From the human T2T-CHM13v2.0 reference genome, Homo sapiens, in the NCBI RefSeq assembly GCF_009914755.1, contig NC_060928.1: a DNA stretch of 64,000 nucleotides. One strand, given 5' to 3'. Under the pieces are notes generated by a model. It did not search any database. It saw only the letters and a program-made list of their open reading frames with translations, and was not told the DNA's origin. How positions within the stretch are numbered: position 1 is the stretch's first letter; the number at the start of each line of letters is the position of its first letter. Shown here one piece after another: positions 17,767 to 29,620 of this stretch. The translations under genes and the position numbers were made by a program.

Positions 17767-18364
17767 GTGTGGCTTTCCCTGAACATGAGTGGCCTGGTAC
17801 TGCAGCACTGGACTGCAAGTTTCTCCTAGTCTCCTGGATATGAAGGACTTTTTTCATATGTTTGCTTTTAGGTTCTTTACAAACTAAACCCTGTCCTTAC
17901 TTCTGAAAAATTTATTGCTACTGTTTTGCTTCTCGTTCTGGTGAAAATTTTGCTGAACTTGAAGCCTGTTCTGTGTGTGCCTACGTCTGTACAGTTTCTA
18001 CCCAGAATTGTGTTATTTGACATTCAGTCAGGTGAAAAACATCCTTTAAGTCAAGGACAGGTATCTCACAAGAGTGGGCCATATAAATGCACGGATCTGC
18101 CTTTACAATCCTGAATTGTGACATTCTTACATAAATAGCCTGTTCAAAAAGTTGCCTCTTCATCCTCCACTCAATGTCATTAATGCAGTGAGGCCATAGT
18201 GCAAAATAATCCATCATTCCAACATGATACAGGAATCTTTGAGTCACATAAAAGAACACTGACTTATCTGGAAAAAAGTAAATGGCCATATCCTCAAATA
18301 CCACACAGCCCTTCCTAGAGTTCATAGGCATTTCTGTGGCATGGGAATGTGTCCAGCTGCCCAT
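17767..18364 (-). pseudogene. Processed KRAB-A zinc-finger pseudogene, 5' part (resembles the 19q13.43 ZIK1/ZNF416/ZNF547/ZNF772-type family)
   Basis: ORF 17981..18364(-) contains GCVVFEDMAIYFF..TQRFLYHVGMMDYFAL (KRAB-A), then EQAIYVRMSQFRIVKA..AHSCE..LKDVFHLTECQ; in another frame ..NFHQNEKQNSSNKFFRS..LQYQATHVQGKPH; no introns; stops and frameshifts. Confidence 0.88.
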
Positions 18365-18453
18365 GTGACAACTTTATTCTGGGACATCTCAAAATCAATG
18401 TGTTCATAAATTTAATGCCTAATGGCCTTAAAATCTACTCCTTTATAACTTCC

Positions 18454-19456
18454 TGTATTAGTTCATTTTCACACAACTGTAAAGATACTACCCAAGACAG
18501 GCAATTTATAAGGAAAGAGGTTTCGTTGACTCACAGTTCTGCATGGCTGGGGAGGCCTCAGGAAACTTACAATCATGGTGCAAGGCAAAGGGGAAGCAGG
18601 CACCTTCTTCACAAGGTTGCAGGAGAGAGAAAAATAAAGCACACGGGAAATTGCCATTTATAAAGCCATCATGTGTCATCACAACTCATTCACTATCATA
18701 AGAACAGCAAGGAGGAAACGGCCCCCATGATCCAGTAACCTCCTCTCTCTGTATGTGGGGATTACAGGTCCCTCCCTTGACATGCAGGGATTATAATTGA
18801 GATGAGGTTTGGGTTGGGACACAGAGCCAAACCATATCATTTACCCCATGGCGCCTCCCAAATCTAATGTCTTTTCACATTAAAACCAATCATGACTTTC
18901 CAACAGTCCTCTGGCATTTTGACGACAACCAGTCAGCAAGTCTCTAGGAAGTTTCAAACTTTCTCACATCTTCCTGTCTTCTTCTGAGCCTCTAGACTGT
19001 GTCAACTTCTACTCATTACCCAGTTCCAAAGTTGCTTCCACATTTTCATGTTATGTTTATAGCAGTGCCCCACTCCGGGTACCAATTTACCGTAGTAGTC
19101 TGTTTTCATACTGCTATAAAACACTACCCAAGACTGGGTAATTTATGAACAAAGGAGCTTTCATTGAGTCATGGTTCCACATGGCTGAGGAGGTCTCAGG
19201 AAAGATATAATCATGGCGGAAGGCAAAGACGAAGCAAGGACCTTCTTCACAAGGTGACAGAAGAGAGAGAAAAATAAAGCACAGAGGAAACTGCCATTTA
19301 TGAAACCATCAGATCTTGCGAGAATTCACTCACTATCAGGAGAACAGCATGGTTTCAAGAAAGCACCCCCAGGATCCTATCACCTCCCGCCCTCAACATG
19401 TGAGGACTACAATTCAAGGCAAGATTTGTGTGGGTACACAGAGCCAAACCATATAA
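18454..19456 (-). mobile_element. THE1 (THE1D-like) MaLR element with two LTRs and an internally deleted body
   Basis: LTRs ~18454-18839 and ~19091-19456; only ~250 bp of internal sequence with a deletion junction near 18910; 5-bp TSD CTTCC/CTTCA. Confidence 0.9.
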
Positions 19457-19810
19457 CTTCACCATTGCCATTCTTCCAGATATTCTGGTAGGTAAATGTG
19501 GAAAGTTATTTCACCCTTTATTTTTGATCCTACCTCGGTTCCACATCTAATGCAGCAGGAATTCTTTTTTCCGGTGCTGTCATTTTGATCTACCCAGAAT
19601 CTGATCACTTCTGTCTCATCTACTGACATCAAAGTGGTCTGTACCCCACTTTAGTCTCCTAGAGTCTGTTCTAGCATATTTCTTACTGTGTCCCTGCTTC
19701 CACTATCTTTCCCAATAATGGTCCATTCTTTGTCTGAGCAATCTTTGGGGTTTTTAAAAAATTGTAGCTCAGAACATGTCTCATCCTATATACAATTTTT
19801 CATGGTTCCC
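19457..19810 (+). mobile_element. L2 fragment (continues 18380-18453, split by THE1)
   Basis: GGACATCTCAAAATCAATGTGTTC before THE1; CCAGAATCTGATCACTTCT..TCCCTGCTTCCACT after it. Confidence 0.6.
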
Positions 19811-20139
19811 GGTGAGATTGACCACTCTACATCCTGAGAAAGTGATGTTGTAGTCAGGGAAAATATCCAATGTCCACTGCGCAGGTAATGGCATGGAAGA
19901 GATCCCTCCTCTTTGTTCCAGTTACCTCAGTCCTGAGAACATCTTGGATTCTTCAGGATACAATGTCTGGTGCCTCCAATCAGGAGAACAGATTCAAGAG
20001 AAAACAAAATTTCAAAACTCCATCTTGTGTTTAAATGTAATTCCTTTACTAGAGGCTTTTTGGAAATTACAAAAAAAAAAAAACCTAAAATTTTCATAAA
20101 TTTTTTTTAATAAAATGTGAAAATAATTTATAAAAAACG

Positions 20140-20434
20140 TTTTTTTTTTTTTTCAGATGGAGTTTCACTCTTGTTGCCCAGGCTGTAGTGCAATGGAATG
20201 ATATCGGCTCACCACAACCTCTGCCTCCTGGGTTCAAGCAATTCTCCTGCCTCAACCTCCCGAGTAGCTGGCATTACAGGCACGCACCCCTACACCAGGC
20301 TAATTTTTGTATTTTTAGTAGAGATGGGGTTTCTCCATGTAGGCCAGGCTGGTCTCAAACTCCTGACTTCATGATCTACCCACCGCGGCCTCCCAAAGTG
20401 CTAGGATTATAGGTGTGAGCCACCTCCCCCAGCC
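20140..20434 (-). mobile_element. AluS (Sp-like)
   Basis: Antisense dimeric Alu with poly(T), TTGTTGCCC, TTTCTCCATG; approximate TSD TATAAAAA(A)C. Confidence 0.92.
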
Positions 20435-21403
20435 TATAAAAACCTTTTAAGAATAAGCATATCAGGGTCCCATTGCTTTGATCTTGCTTTGAAATATGGA
20501 AGAGTTTGATTACCCTGAGTGAAAATCCAAAATCCTTGAAGACATTATTCCTGAAGATGAACCTAGATTCTAAGCTTTAACACAATTGCAAATGCTGTGT
20601 AATGTGAATGAATTATGACTCAGGGCATAGTTTTAAATATTAATATTACTTAGCATATAGTGATTGAATATAGTTAATTTAATTGAGAACTATGGAGTAA
20701 GTCTTAGGAATATATCACATTATGTTGTGGTGCACAGCCAGGCCTTGAAGAGATAATACAGGAATTCGACCCATGAATTGAATTCCAACATTTCCAGAAG
20801 GGCAATTTCATTATAGAAATAAGTTGACTATACATCAAAAATAATAATGGAATTTATAGGTGAAGAGTAATAGTGTGGTTGAAAACAAAAAGACTACTTA
20901 CCAACTTAAGCAGACACTAATTCAATTCTCAATTATATTTTTTCAGAGTTGATTTCTCAGATAATAAATGCACTGCTTATGAGAAATTATAAAATACTTA
21001 ACATTATTTAATGATTCATGTTTAATGAATATGGAGTGTGCTTTTCTGCATTTTAACATAAGGAAAGAATCACATCTGTCTGTTGACAGAAGCAGTGCTG
21101 GGCATTTACTTAAATAAAAAGTTATCAATGTCCCACAAAACTGTACCTTAATGTATGGCTAAACTGAGTCAGAACACATCTTTTTAGTTTCAATTTATCC
21201 TGTGAAAACATTGTCATTGATTTATTTTCTCAACAAGAGAAATAATTGCCAAAATAGTAGCATTTTCATACTTTATTTAGCTTACAATGTTGTTGTCATT
21301 GTGATGCTTTCAGAAAAATGTCCTGTGGATCTCAGCTCTGGATGAAGTAGATAGAATAATGCAACCTATTTCCCTTAATAAAAGTTCAAATTACATAACT
21401 AGG

Positions 21404-21855
21404 TGTGAAGGTTAATTTTATCTGATGAATTGGCTGGGTGACAATTCCCAAATATTTGGTCAAACATGATTCTGGATGTTTCTATGAAGGTGTTTTTTGA
21501 ATGAGATTAACATTTTATTATATTTTATTCTTGGCAAGTTTTTATTGACTAATATTAAGATTATATAATTTAAGAGATTAATATTTAAATAGGTGGACTT
21601 TGAATAAAGCAGATTGCCATTTGGAATGTGGTGGAGCCATATCCAATTAATTGAAAGCCTCACTTGATAAAGACTGATCTCCTTTGAAGAAGAAGAAAAT
21701 TTGCCAGCGGACTGCCTTTTAACTCGAACAGCAATTTTTCCCTGAGTCTCCAGTCTGCCCGCCTATCCCATCAGGACGTGCCAAGCCTCCACAATCACAT
21801 GAGCCACCCTCCACATTCTTTTGGTTCTGTTTCTCTAGAAACTCCAACTAATTTA
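21404..21855 (+). mobile_element. MLT2 (ERVL) solo LTR
   Basis: TGTGAAGGTTAATTTTAT..ATATTTGGTCAAACATGATTCTGGATGTTTCT..TTGGTTCTGTTTCTCTAGAAACTCCAACTAAT. Confidence 0.85.
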
Positions 21856-22006
21856 ATAAATATGGTAATATAGTCAAGTTGTGTGAAAAGTTTTATAGAA
21901 ATCAGTGATTTTAACTAATCAGTTTCAATAGTTAACCTTTTAAGCTGATAATTTATGTAAGTACCCCCAAGTAAAATATGGGTTATGGTGGATAACACCA
22001 AAGGAG

Positions 22007-22736
22007 GAACTGGAGATCATTATAAAAAGTGAAAAAAGCCAGACACAGAGGATGACTTTCACAGTTCTCACTCATATTTAGAAACTAAATAAGTTGATCT
22101 CATGCAAGTAGAGAGTAGAAAGATACCAGAGGTTGAGAAGGGTGATTGGATGGGAAAGGGGCATGAAGAGAGATTGGTTAATGGATATGAATATACAATT
22201 AGACATCAGGTATAAGTTCTAATGTTTGATTGCAGAATAGAGTGACTGTAGTCAAAAACTGTGTATTGTATATTTCAAAGTAGCTAGAAAAGGGAACTTT
22301 TTTTTTGGCAGAGTCTCACTTTGTCACTGAGTCTGGTGTGCAGTGGCATGAGGATAGCTCACTTCAGCCTTGAGCTCAAGCAATCCTCCTGTCTCAGCCT
22401 CTGAAGTAGCTGGGAAGGAGACACATACCACCACACTTAGCTAATTTTTAAATTTTTAGAAGGATGAGGTCTCACTATATTGCCAAGGCTGGTCTCAACT
22501 CCTGGACTTAAGTGATCCTCCCACCTCAGCCTCCCAAAGTTCTGGGATTACAAGAGTGAGTCACTGTGCCCAGCCAAAGGGACAACTTTAAATTTTCCCA
22601 ATATATATTAATAGAAATGATAAATAAGGTGATGTATACTATAAATACCCTGACTTGACCATTACAAATTCTATGCATGTAACAAAATACCACGTGTACT
22701 CCATGAATATGTAAATTATTATGAATTGATAAAAAA
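22007..22736 (+). mobile_element. L1MA-type 3' end fragment (interrupted by AluJ)
   Basis: GGAACTGGAGATCATTAT..TTGTATATTTCAAAGTAGCTAGAA..ACCCTGACTTGACCATTACA. Confidence 0.85.
22298..22575 (-). mobile_element. AluJ
   Basis: J-type ATAGCTCACT..GCTCAAGCAATCCTCC; approximate TSD AAAGGGA(CA)ACTT. Confidence 0.85.
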
Positions 22737-23378
22737 GATTTTAAAACATTGTACATGACAAACATTTTTAATAAAAAGCGTGGCAGTCTAATTGCATAGT
22801 AAATGGTATATGTTATTTATGGAGGGCATTTGTGAACTACACTTTATAAATTAGTCTAATGCAGTATAGAGCAAAATATGCCTAATACCAATCCATTGAA
22901 TGCCTTAAATCTTACTAATTAATCTGCTCAAAGCACTGACATCAGATCCTTAATGCAAAATAAGCATTTATGTTAAGCATTTGGATCAAGGCCTACCTAG
23001 CCCTGAAAAGAAAAATTGAACTAATATTGATTGCCATATCATTTTCCAATTCTTAAGTTAAAACTATTTTTGTTCAAATTCTAAGACAAATATTTAAAGA
23101 AATATTGATGAATGGTGTTATAAGCTAGCTGTTTCCTGATGTCAAGAATAATAAAGTGAAATACACAGTTTATTACTTCAAATACCTGAGTCTACCAATA
23201 ACAGACACACAAAAAATTCAAAGTACAATATTAGTGCATTGATGAATAGGCTGTACAAGCACCAAGGCACATCAACAATTTCTCTTGAAGAAACTCGGAT
23301 AAGAAATTAATATTGAACAGAGTCTTGAGTCATCATTAAAAAACAATTATTGTATTCCAAATCTGTCCTGAGAGAGGA

Positions 23379-23432
23379 ATAGATAGATAAATAAGTGGAT
23401 AGATAGATTAGACAGATACATAGATAGAGATA
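23379..23432. repeat. Degenerate (GATA)n
   Basis: Read directly from sequence. Confidence 0.7.
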
Positions 23433-23884
23433 GTATCTAAATTTTACAGGAAGCCTGCATGATTCATAATAATATTGCTTTTCTCCAATGAAGATGCTGA
23501 GCTCAATAATTTCAATTACTTTTTCACCAAGTAAGAACAGTAAAGGGCAGAAAATTTTATTGTTACATGTATCACCAATATCTTATGTAGATGTTAATTT
23601 GTATGTGAATTCTGGCTAACTTATATGTCTTTATTTTTTAACTATAGCATTACTTCCTCTATAGTAAAATTGAAGCTGCTTTAAAAGCATGTATATGCTC
23701 ATGCACATACATATCCAAACATTCACACACACCACATGTAAGCACTTCTATGTGTTTAGGCATATGCATAAGAAAATATCAGATTCAAAGTATGTTCTTG
23801 TCTTCGATGCTCATTATTTACAGTATAGATGACAAATATATCTCTAAAAAAAGTATAACTTGTTTTGACAACTTTTTTCTAATT

Positions 23885-24019
23885 TTATTTATTTATTATT
23901 GTTTTTACAGATGGAGTCTCATTCTGCTACCCAGGCTGGTGAACATTTTGAGCTCAAGTGATACTCCTGCCTCAGCCTCCTGAGTAGCTTGGATTACAGG
24001 CACAAGCCACTGCACCCAA
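23885..24019 (-). mobile_element. Alu monomer (FLAM-like)
   Basis: Single antisense Alu arm with T-rich tail. Confidence 0.8.
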
Positions 24020-24359
24020 TTCAATACTTTGTTTCTAAATCACAAATTTTTATACTACTGGACTAGTTGTATTTTTCTAATGATGAGCCATAATAATTAT
24101 ATGGTAAATACAGGTAAATAGTGTATAACTATTTTTCTTTAGTAAATTACAGTTTAACAGTGGGGAAAGCTGAGAAGTGAAGATATAAACACAGAATAAG
24201 AAGTTCTTAGAGAGTAATAAATACCATGCTGTTAAAGTAAAAATCGAAAAATTCAACATAGTTAATACACAGTGTGCATATATTTTGAGGGCTGATATAT
24301 CATAAGGAGCTTCAACTTGATGCTAGAGGTACTAAAGAATGGATAAAATAAGAGAACAG

Positions 24360-25200
24360 AGCAATACATGAATAAGGCATCCAACAGGAGACTATTATAG
24401 GTATACAGATTAAAAGGTATAAAGACTTGAACTGTGGTTGTTATAATTAAGGTAATGTACTGATTGCAGATATAGTATGGTATAAAGTTGATAAACTGAG
24501 TGGATAATTGGATATAGAATGTAAGAGAGACAGTGGTGTTTATAATGATACACAGGTTTGAAGATGGAGTATTTGAATTAAATTAGTATTCGTTGAATAA
24601 GGAAAGAGAAGAACAAGCTCAAGAAAACATGCTGAAGTTGAAGTATCTGCAAGATACTAATATATAAGATATCGAGATGCCATACTGACAGATTAATGTA
24701 CAGTGGAAAGTTCTGGGAATCAGTTAGTTTTGATTTCATTTTTCAGTTATTTTACACCATGATATTTTTTAAACCATGCAAATGTTTGAGAGCACACCAG
24801 AAATAAAAAAAAGTAGAATTAAAGGGGAAGATTGTTGAAGATGGAATCTAGGCAATCCCAACATATAAGAGACCAAAAAACGATAAAAAGCCCTCAAAGA
24901 AGTCTGAAAATGAGAGGCCAGGAGAGACAAACTATATACTACAAATCAAGTGAGAAGAGACAGCTAAAATCAAACAATAAAACAAACAAACAAAATGAGT
25001 CAAAGAAAGGAATGGTATGCCACGTCAAATGCAGTTGAAAGTTCAAACTAGACATGCTCAAATACGGATTTATACTTTAGCACAAAAGAAAGTGCTGATG
25101 ACCTTAGAAAGGTCATTGGCATACTGACAAAGAACACCATTTTGAAGTGAGTGTTAAATGATAGATAGGAGAGGAAGTGATGACATTGCTATCAGTGGTT
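24360..25200 (-). mobile_element. Decayed L2 fragments
   Basis: Purine-rich antisense L2-like text (GGAGACTATTATAG, GTGGATAATTGGATATAG, GTCAAATGCAGTTGAAAGTTCAA, GCTGATGACCTT). Confidence 0.5.
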
Positions 25201-26520
25201 TGTAAGTTGGAAAAATTTTGATAAAAGAACAATTTGAAAGGTAGAATTTGAAGTTGTAGAAAAAACAAGATCAAAGGAGGAAATATTCTAGGATATGGAG
25301 AGGGAAATCATAGCACAAATAGATAATCATGTACAGAATAATTTGCTTACCCTTTAAAAGTAGAGAAACAGAGGATGGTAAGTAATATAAGAGAGGAGAA
25401 TGAAATTCCTGATGAACTAGGAGACAAATCTCTCTTTTACAGCAGGACAAGTAGCTTGAATAACATGACAGATTTCTAGAAAATTTTTCCAAAATTGCCC
25501 AAAATAGGAGAAGTAGATAATCTTAAATATATTGGTGAAAGCTCTAAGTGATATAGCAGAGAATGAACAAATTCGCTGGAGGGGCATGATTGTTGTGATT
25601 TTCTTTAATAGAGCTCTAGTGAAGGAGTTTTTATGACAGAGAAAGAATAAGGTTAGATGGAATGGGGTCTGAGGTTTGCACGGTAAACCCAAGCATCTGT
25701 ATTGACCAACTAGTAATAGAGCAGTTGATAAAATATAAAATAAACTAAGCTAGGTGATAAATCTGAAGAAGGAAACCTTCTAGGCAATGTATGTCTATGA
25801 GCTCTAGAAACCAGGAGTCCTGGAGCCAGAGAATGAGACAATTAGAATGATAGATGATCAACTGGCTTTGTTCAGAGTTTCAAATAATAAAATTCAGTTT
25901 TAACTAGTGAAAAGAATCATGGTGTGGATAAGTAAGTAAACTATTTTCCTTTAGTAAAAAGAACCATGATATGGATAAGTGAGTAAGTAAAGTAGAGTGG
26001 AAGTGAATATTTCAGGAAAGCTAGTAGTTATGAGATTAGCATACTTGATATATCATCATTTTAGAATTATAATTTCACTTATTTTCATTGTAAAATCAAA
26101 GCTTAGACTGGGGAAATCTTTAAGCTGCATTTCAGAGGCCTCAAAGGAAACAGAGAAAAGTTGGATAGGTCATTATAAAACAAAGAAGAATGAAAAGTAA
26201 TATACTAGAATGACATGAATCTCATAGTAGGTGAAGTTTTTATGTGAGTGAAAACTTAATGTGTTAAAAATTAAAACAAAATTAGATGAATAATGTACTG
26301 TAGATTGTCAGAAAATATGTACATTTCACCCTAAAAACATTCGGTCAACATGAAGATGTTGCTATGGAATTTTCTACCTAAAATATTTTTCTATATTAAC
26401 TTTTGTACTCTCCAAATTAAAAAAAAAAATTACATTAGAAATGACCAACATAGGTTTTAGACTCAAGAGATTATGTAAAAGGGAATTAAGAAGTTGTATT
26501 ATTAAGAATAAGTTAAAACA

Positions 26521-26808
26521 GGCCGGGCACCGTGGCTCACGCCTGTAATCCCAGCACTTTGGGAGGCCAAGGTGGGCAGATGACGATGTCAGGAGATCGA
26601 GACCATCCTGGCGAACACAGTGAAACCGAGTCTCTACTAAAAATCCAAAAAAAAAATTAGCCGGGCATGGTGTCAGGCACCTGTAGTCCCAGCTACTTGG
26701 GAGGCTGAGAATGGCGTGAAGCTGGGAGGCGGAGCTTGCAGTGAGCCGAGACTGCACTACTGCACTCCAGCCTGGGCAACAGAGTGAGACTCTGTCTCAA
26801 AAAAAAAA
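26521..26808 (+). mobile_element. AluY with a small right-arm deletion
   Basis: GAGATCGAGACCATCCTGG, GAATGGCGTGAA, GGAGCTTGCAG; 17-bp TSD AAGAATAAGTTAAAACA (26504-26520, 26809-26825). Confidence 0.93.
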
Positions 26809-26881
26809 AAGAATAAGTTAAAACATTAATTATAAAAATATTTTAAAAATATATACATGGTATGGAGTTTCTGAAAACAAT

Positions 26882-27872
26882 TGTAGGGAAAAGAAAGAGA
26901 GATCAGGCTGTTACTGTGTCTATGTAGAAAGGAAAGACATAAGAAATTCCATTTTGACCTGTACCCTGAACAATTGCTTTGCCTTGAGATGCTGTTAATC
27001 TGTAACTTTGCCCCAACCTTGAGCTCACAAAAACATGTGTTGTATGGAATCAAGGTTTAAGGGATCTAGGGCTGTGCAGGATGTGCCTTGTTAACAAAAT
27101 GTTTACAAGCAGTATGCTTGGTAAAAGTCATCGCCATTCTCTAATCTCGATAAACCAGGGGCACAATGCACTGCAGAAAGCTGCAGAGACCTCTGCCCTG
27201 GAAAGCCGGGTATTGTCCAAGGTTTCTCCCCATGTGATAGTCTGAAATATGGCCTCCTGGGATGCGAAAGACCTGACCGTCCCCCAGCCCAACACCCATG
27301 AAGAGTCTCTGCTGAGGAGGATTAGTAAAAGAGGAAAGCCTCTTGCAGTTGAGATAGAGGAAGGCCACTGTCTCTTGCCTGCCCCTGGGAACTGAATGTC
27401 TCGGTATAAAACCTGATTGTACATTTGTTCAATTCTGAGATAGGAGAAAAACCGCCCTGTGGTGGGAGGCAGGACATGTCGGCAGCAATGCTGCTTTGTT
27501 ATTCTTTACTCCACTGAGATGTTTAGGCGGAGAGAAACATGAATCTGGCCTACATGCATATCCAGGCATAGTACCTCCCCTTGAACTTATTGTGACACAG
27601 ATTCCTTTGCTCACATGTTTTCTCGCTGACCTTCTCCCTATTATCACCCTGCTCTCCTACCGCATTCCTCTTGCTGAGATAGTGAAAATAGTAATAAAAA
27701 CTGAGGGAACTCAGAGACCAATGCCGGTGCAGGTCCTCCATATGCTAGGTGGCGGTCCTCTGGGCCCATTTTTCTTTTTCCATACTTTGTCCCTGTGTCT
27801 TATTTATTTTCTCAGTCTCTCGTCCCACCTGATGAGAATTACCCACAGGTGTGGAGGGGCTGGCCTCCTTCA
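26882..27872 (+). mobile_element. HERV-K(HML-2) solo LTR, LTR5B-like
   Basis: TGTAGGGAAAAGAAAGAGAGATCAG...GTGTGGAGGGGCTGGCCTCCTTCA, 991 bp, TG..CA ends, TATAAAA ~27406, AATAAA ~27693, TSD ACAAT. Confidence 0.93.
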
Positions 27873-28099
27873 ACAATGAGTGTTCATTAAGGAAAGTTGG
27901 ATGGAGGAGATTAATTTACAGATGCATCTGATAATTTTCTAAAACCAGATTATCTCTATACTTTCTCAACTCTATAGTAGAAAAGGTAAATATTTTAATT
28001 ATATGTTTATTTTATGACAATGTTCTACCATGTAATTACACACACAAATACATATAAACTAGCACCCATAACTGAGACCTATATATTAAAATGCAGATA

Positions 28100-29620
28100 G
28101 TTCTTATATAATGCCATATAATATCACCCTCCTATGAGTTAAATGATACTATGACTAAAAGCTCTGTCAATGTAAATGTATTATAAGAATAAATTACCAC
28201 ATTTCAAGATGTAAAAAATAGTACTCATTAAAATAAGTCATGGAAAGATAAGAATTGTATACAGCATCATATTGGATAACTATTAAAAATGAAATATAAC
28301 TGTATTATATAAATATTTGGACTATAATACTGACAAAATAATACAGTCCTGAGAATGTTTGGTATTCAAGTTTACCCTGAAAAATAAATAGAAGAGATGT
28401 CAAGAAGTTATCTGATCACAATTTAATTATCAGGTAAAAAAATGGACAAATCATGTTACAAAATAAATGATCGTGGAAACAATTTTTAAAGTAGAATTAA
28501 TTCTCTGATATTCAGATATTATTTTGAAAACAAAGAAATTAATATAAGTTTATCTGAAAGCTGTCACACAAATTCATTAGCAATTATAATAAAATTTAAA
28601 ACTATGAAAAGAAAAGTTAAAATAAAAATTATGAGAATTTTATTCATTCTTTATGCCAAAATAAATTATAGATACTCAGATATTTTATGTAGAAAATAAA
28701 ACTAGAAATTACAAGCACAAATTCTATTTTAAAAATTAGATGAAAAGTAATTATTTCTAAATAAGCCATACAAAACCCAAAATATAAAATATGTAATAGA
28801 TAAATTTCGATGTTTGAAATTCATTTTTTTCAGAAGAAATAGAGGAGGAAAGTATCTGTTACATGTATATTAATTCATAAAGACATTATATATTAGGAAG
28901 AAAAATGAAAGCATCCAAATGAAGAAGAATGTGGGTAAAGACCATGAACATGTGATTTCTACAAAAACTAAATATAAATAATAAGTGTGAAAAAATGTAT
29001 TCACTAGTAATCCAAAATACAATCTAATACTAAATGAAGTCTCTTTTCTGCTCACCAATTATTAAAAATTACTAGGTCTGTGAATATCCAGTATTATTGA
29101 AAAAACGAAAAAAAAAGACATTCTGAATTATCATTTTCAGTCTGTAAATTAGGAGATAAAATTCAGCGATGTATGCTAAACGTTAAAATGAGCTTATTTA
29201 TGACAGCATTTATTTTGCCTCATTCTTACAAATATGACTGAAGAAGTTCAGAAGGATAAATGAGCATAGCGAATATTTTAATGTATGATATGTCATAAAT
29301 GTTTAGGAAATATTTTTCAACATCTAAAAAATATTGTTAAATAAATAAATAATCATCGTATTGCCTTCTTATGGAGGCAGTTAGAATTTATATCTACAGG
29401 ATGTATATTGCACATCAAGCAAAAGTATATTTCCAGTAATATTATTTGGATCAATATATATTTATGTGGAAATACATATAGATATATTTTGATAGGAAAA
29501 GGTATTGGAGAACAATAGGTAAAATTTGTGTCTATCAGAAGAGATGGGTCATCATATTAATGAAAATGCTAGCAGTAAGTGTATAATACTTTATTCTTTG
29601 TAATTTGTATTTTGGGAAAA
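28100..29620 (+). mobile_element. Very old L1 (L1ME-like) 3' remnant
   Basis: TGGGTAAAGACCATGAACATGTGATTTCTACA..TATTCACTAGTAATC..AATATCCAGTATT; boundaries approximate. Confidence 0.5.

Noticed and set aside
17981-18364. 127-aa KRAB-like ORF as a functional KRAB-only gene
   Set aside because: Conserved KRAB residues are degraded (SQEEW read as FPDKS, MLEN as MMDY), the frame shifts against the ancestral reading and nearby frames contain stops.
15788-18390. TTTATTCT at ~15792 and ~18373 as the retrocopy TSD
   Set aside because: Only 8 low-complexity bases and not flush with the putative poly(A); likely chance.
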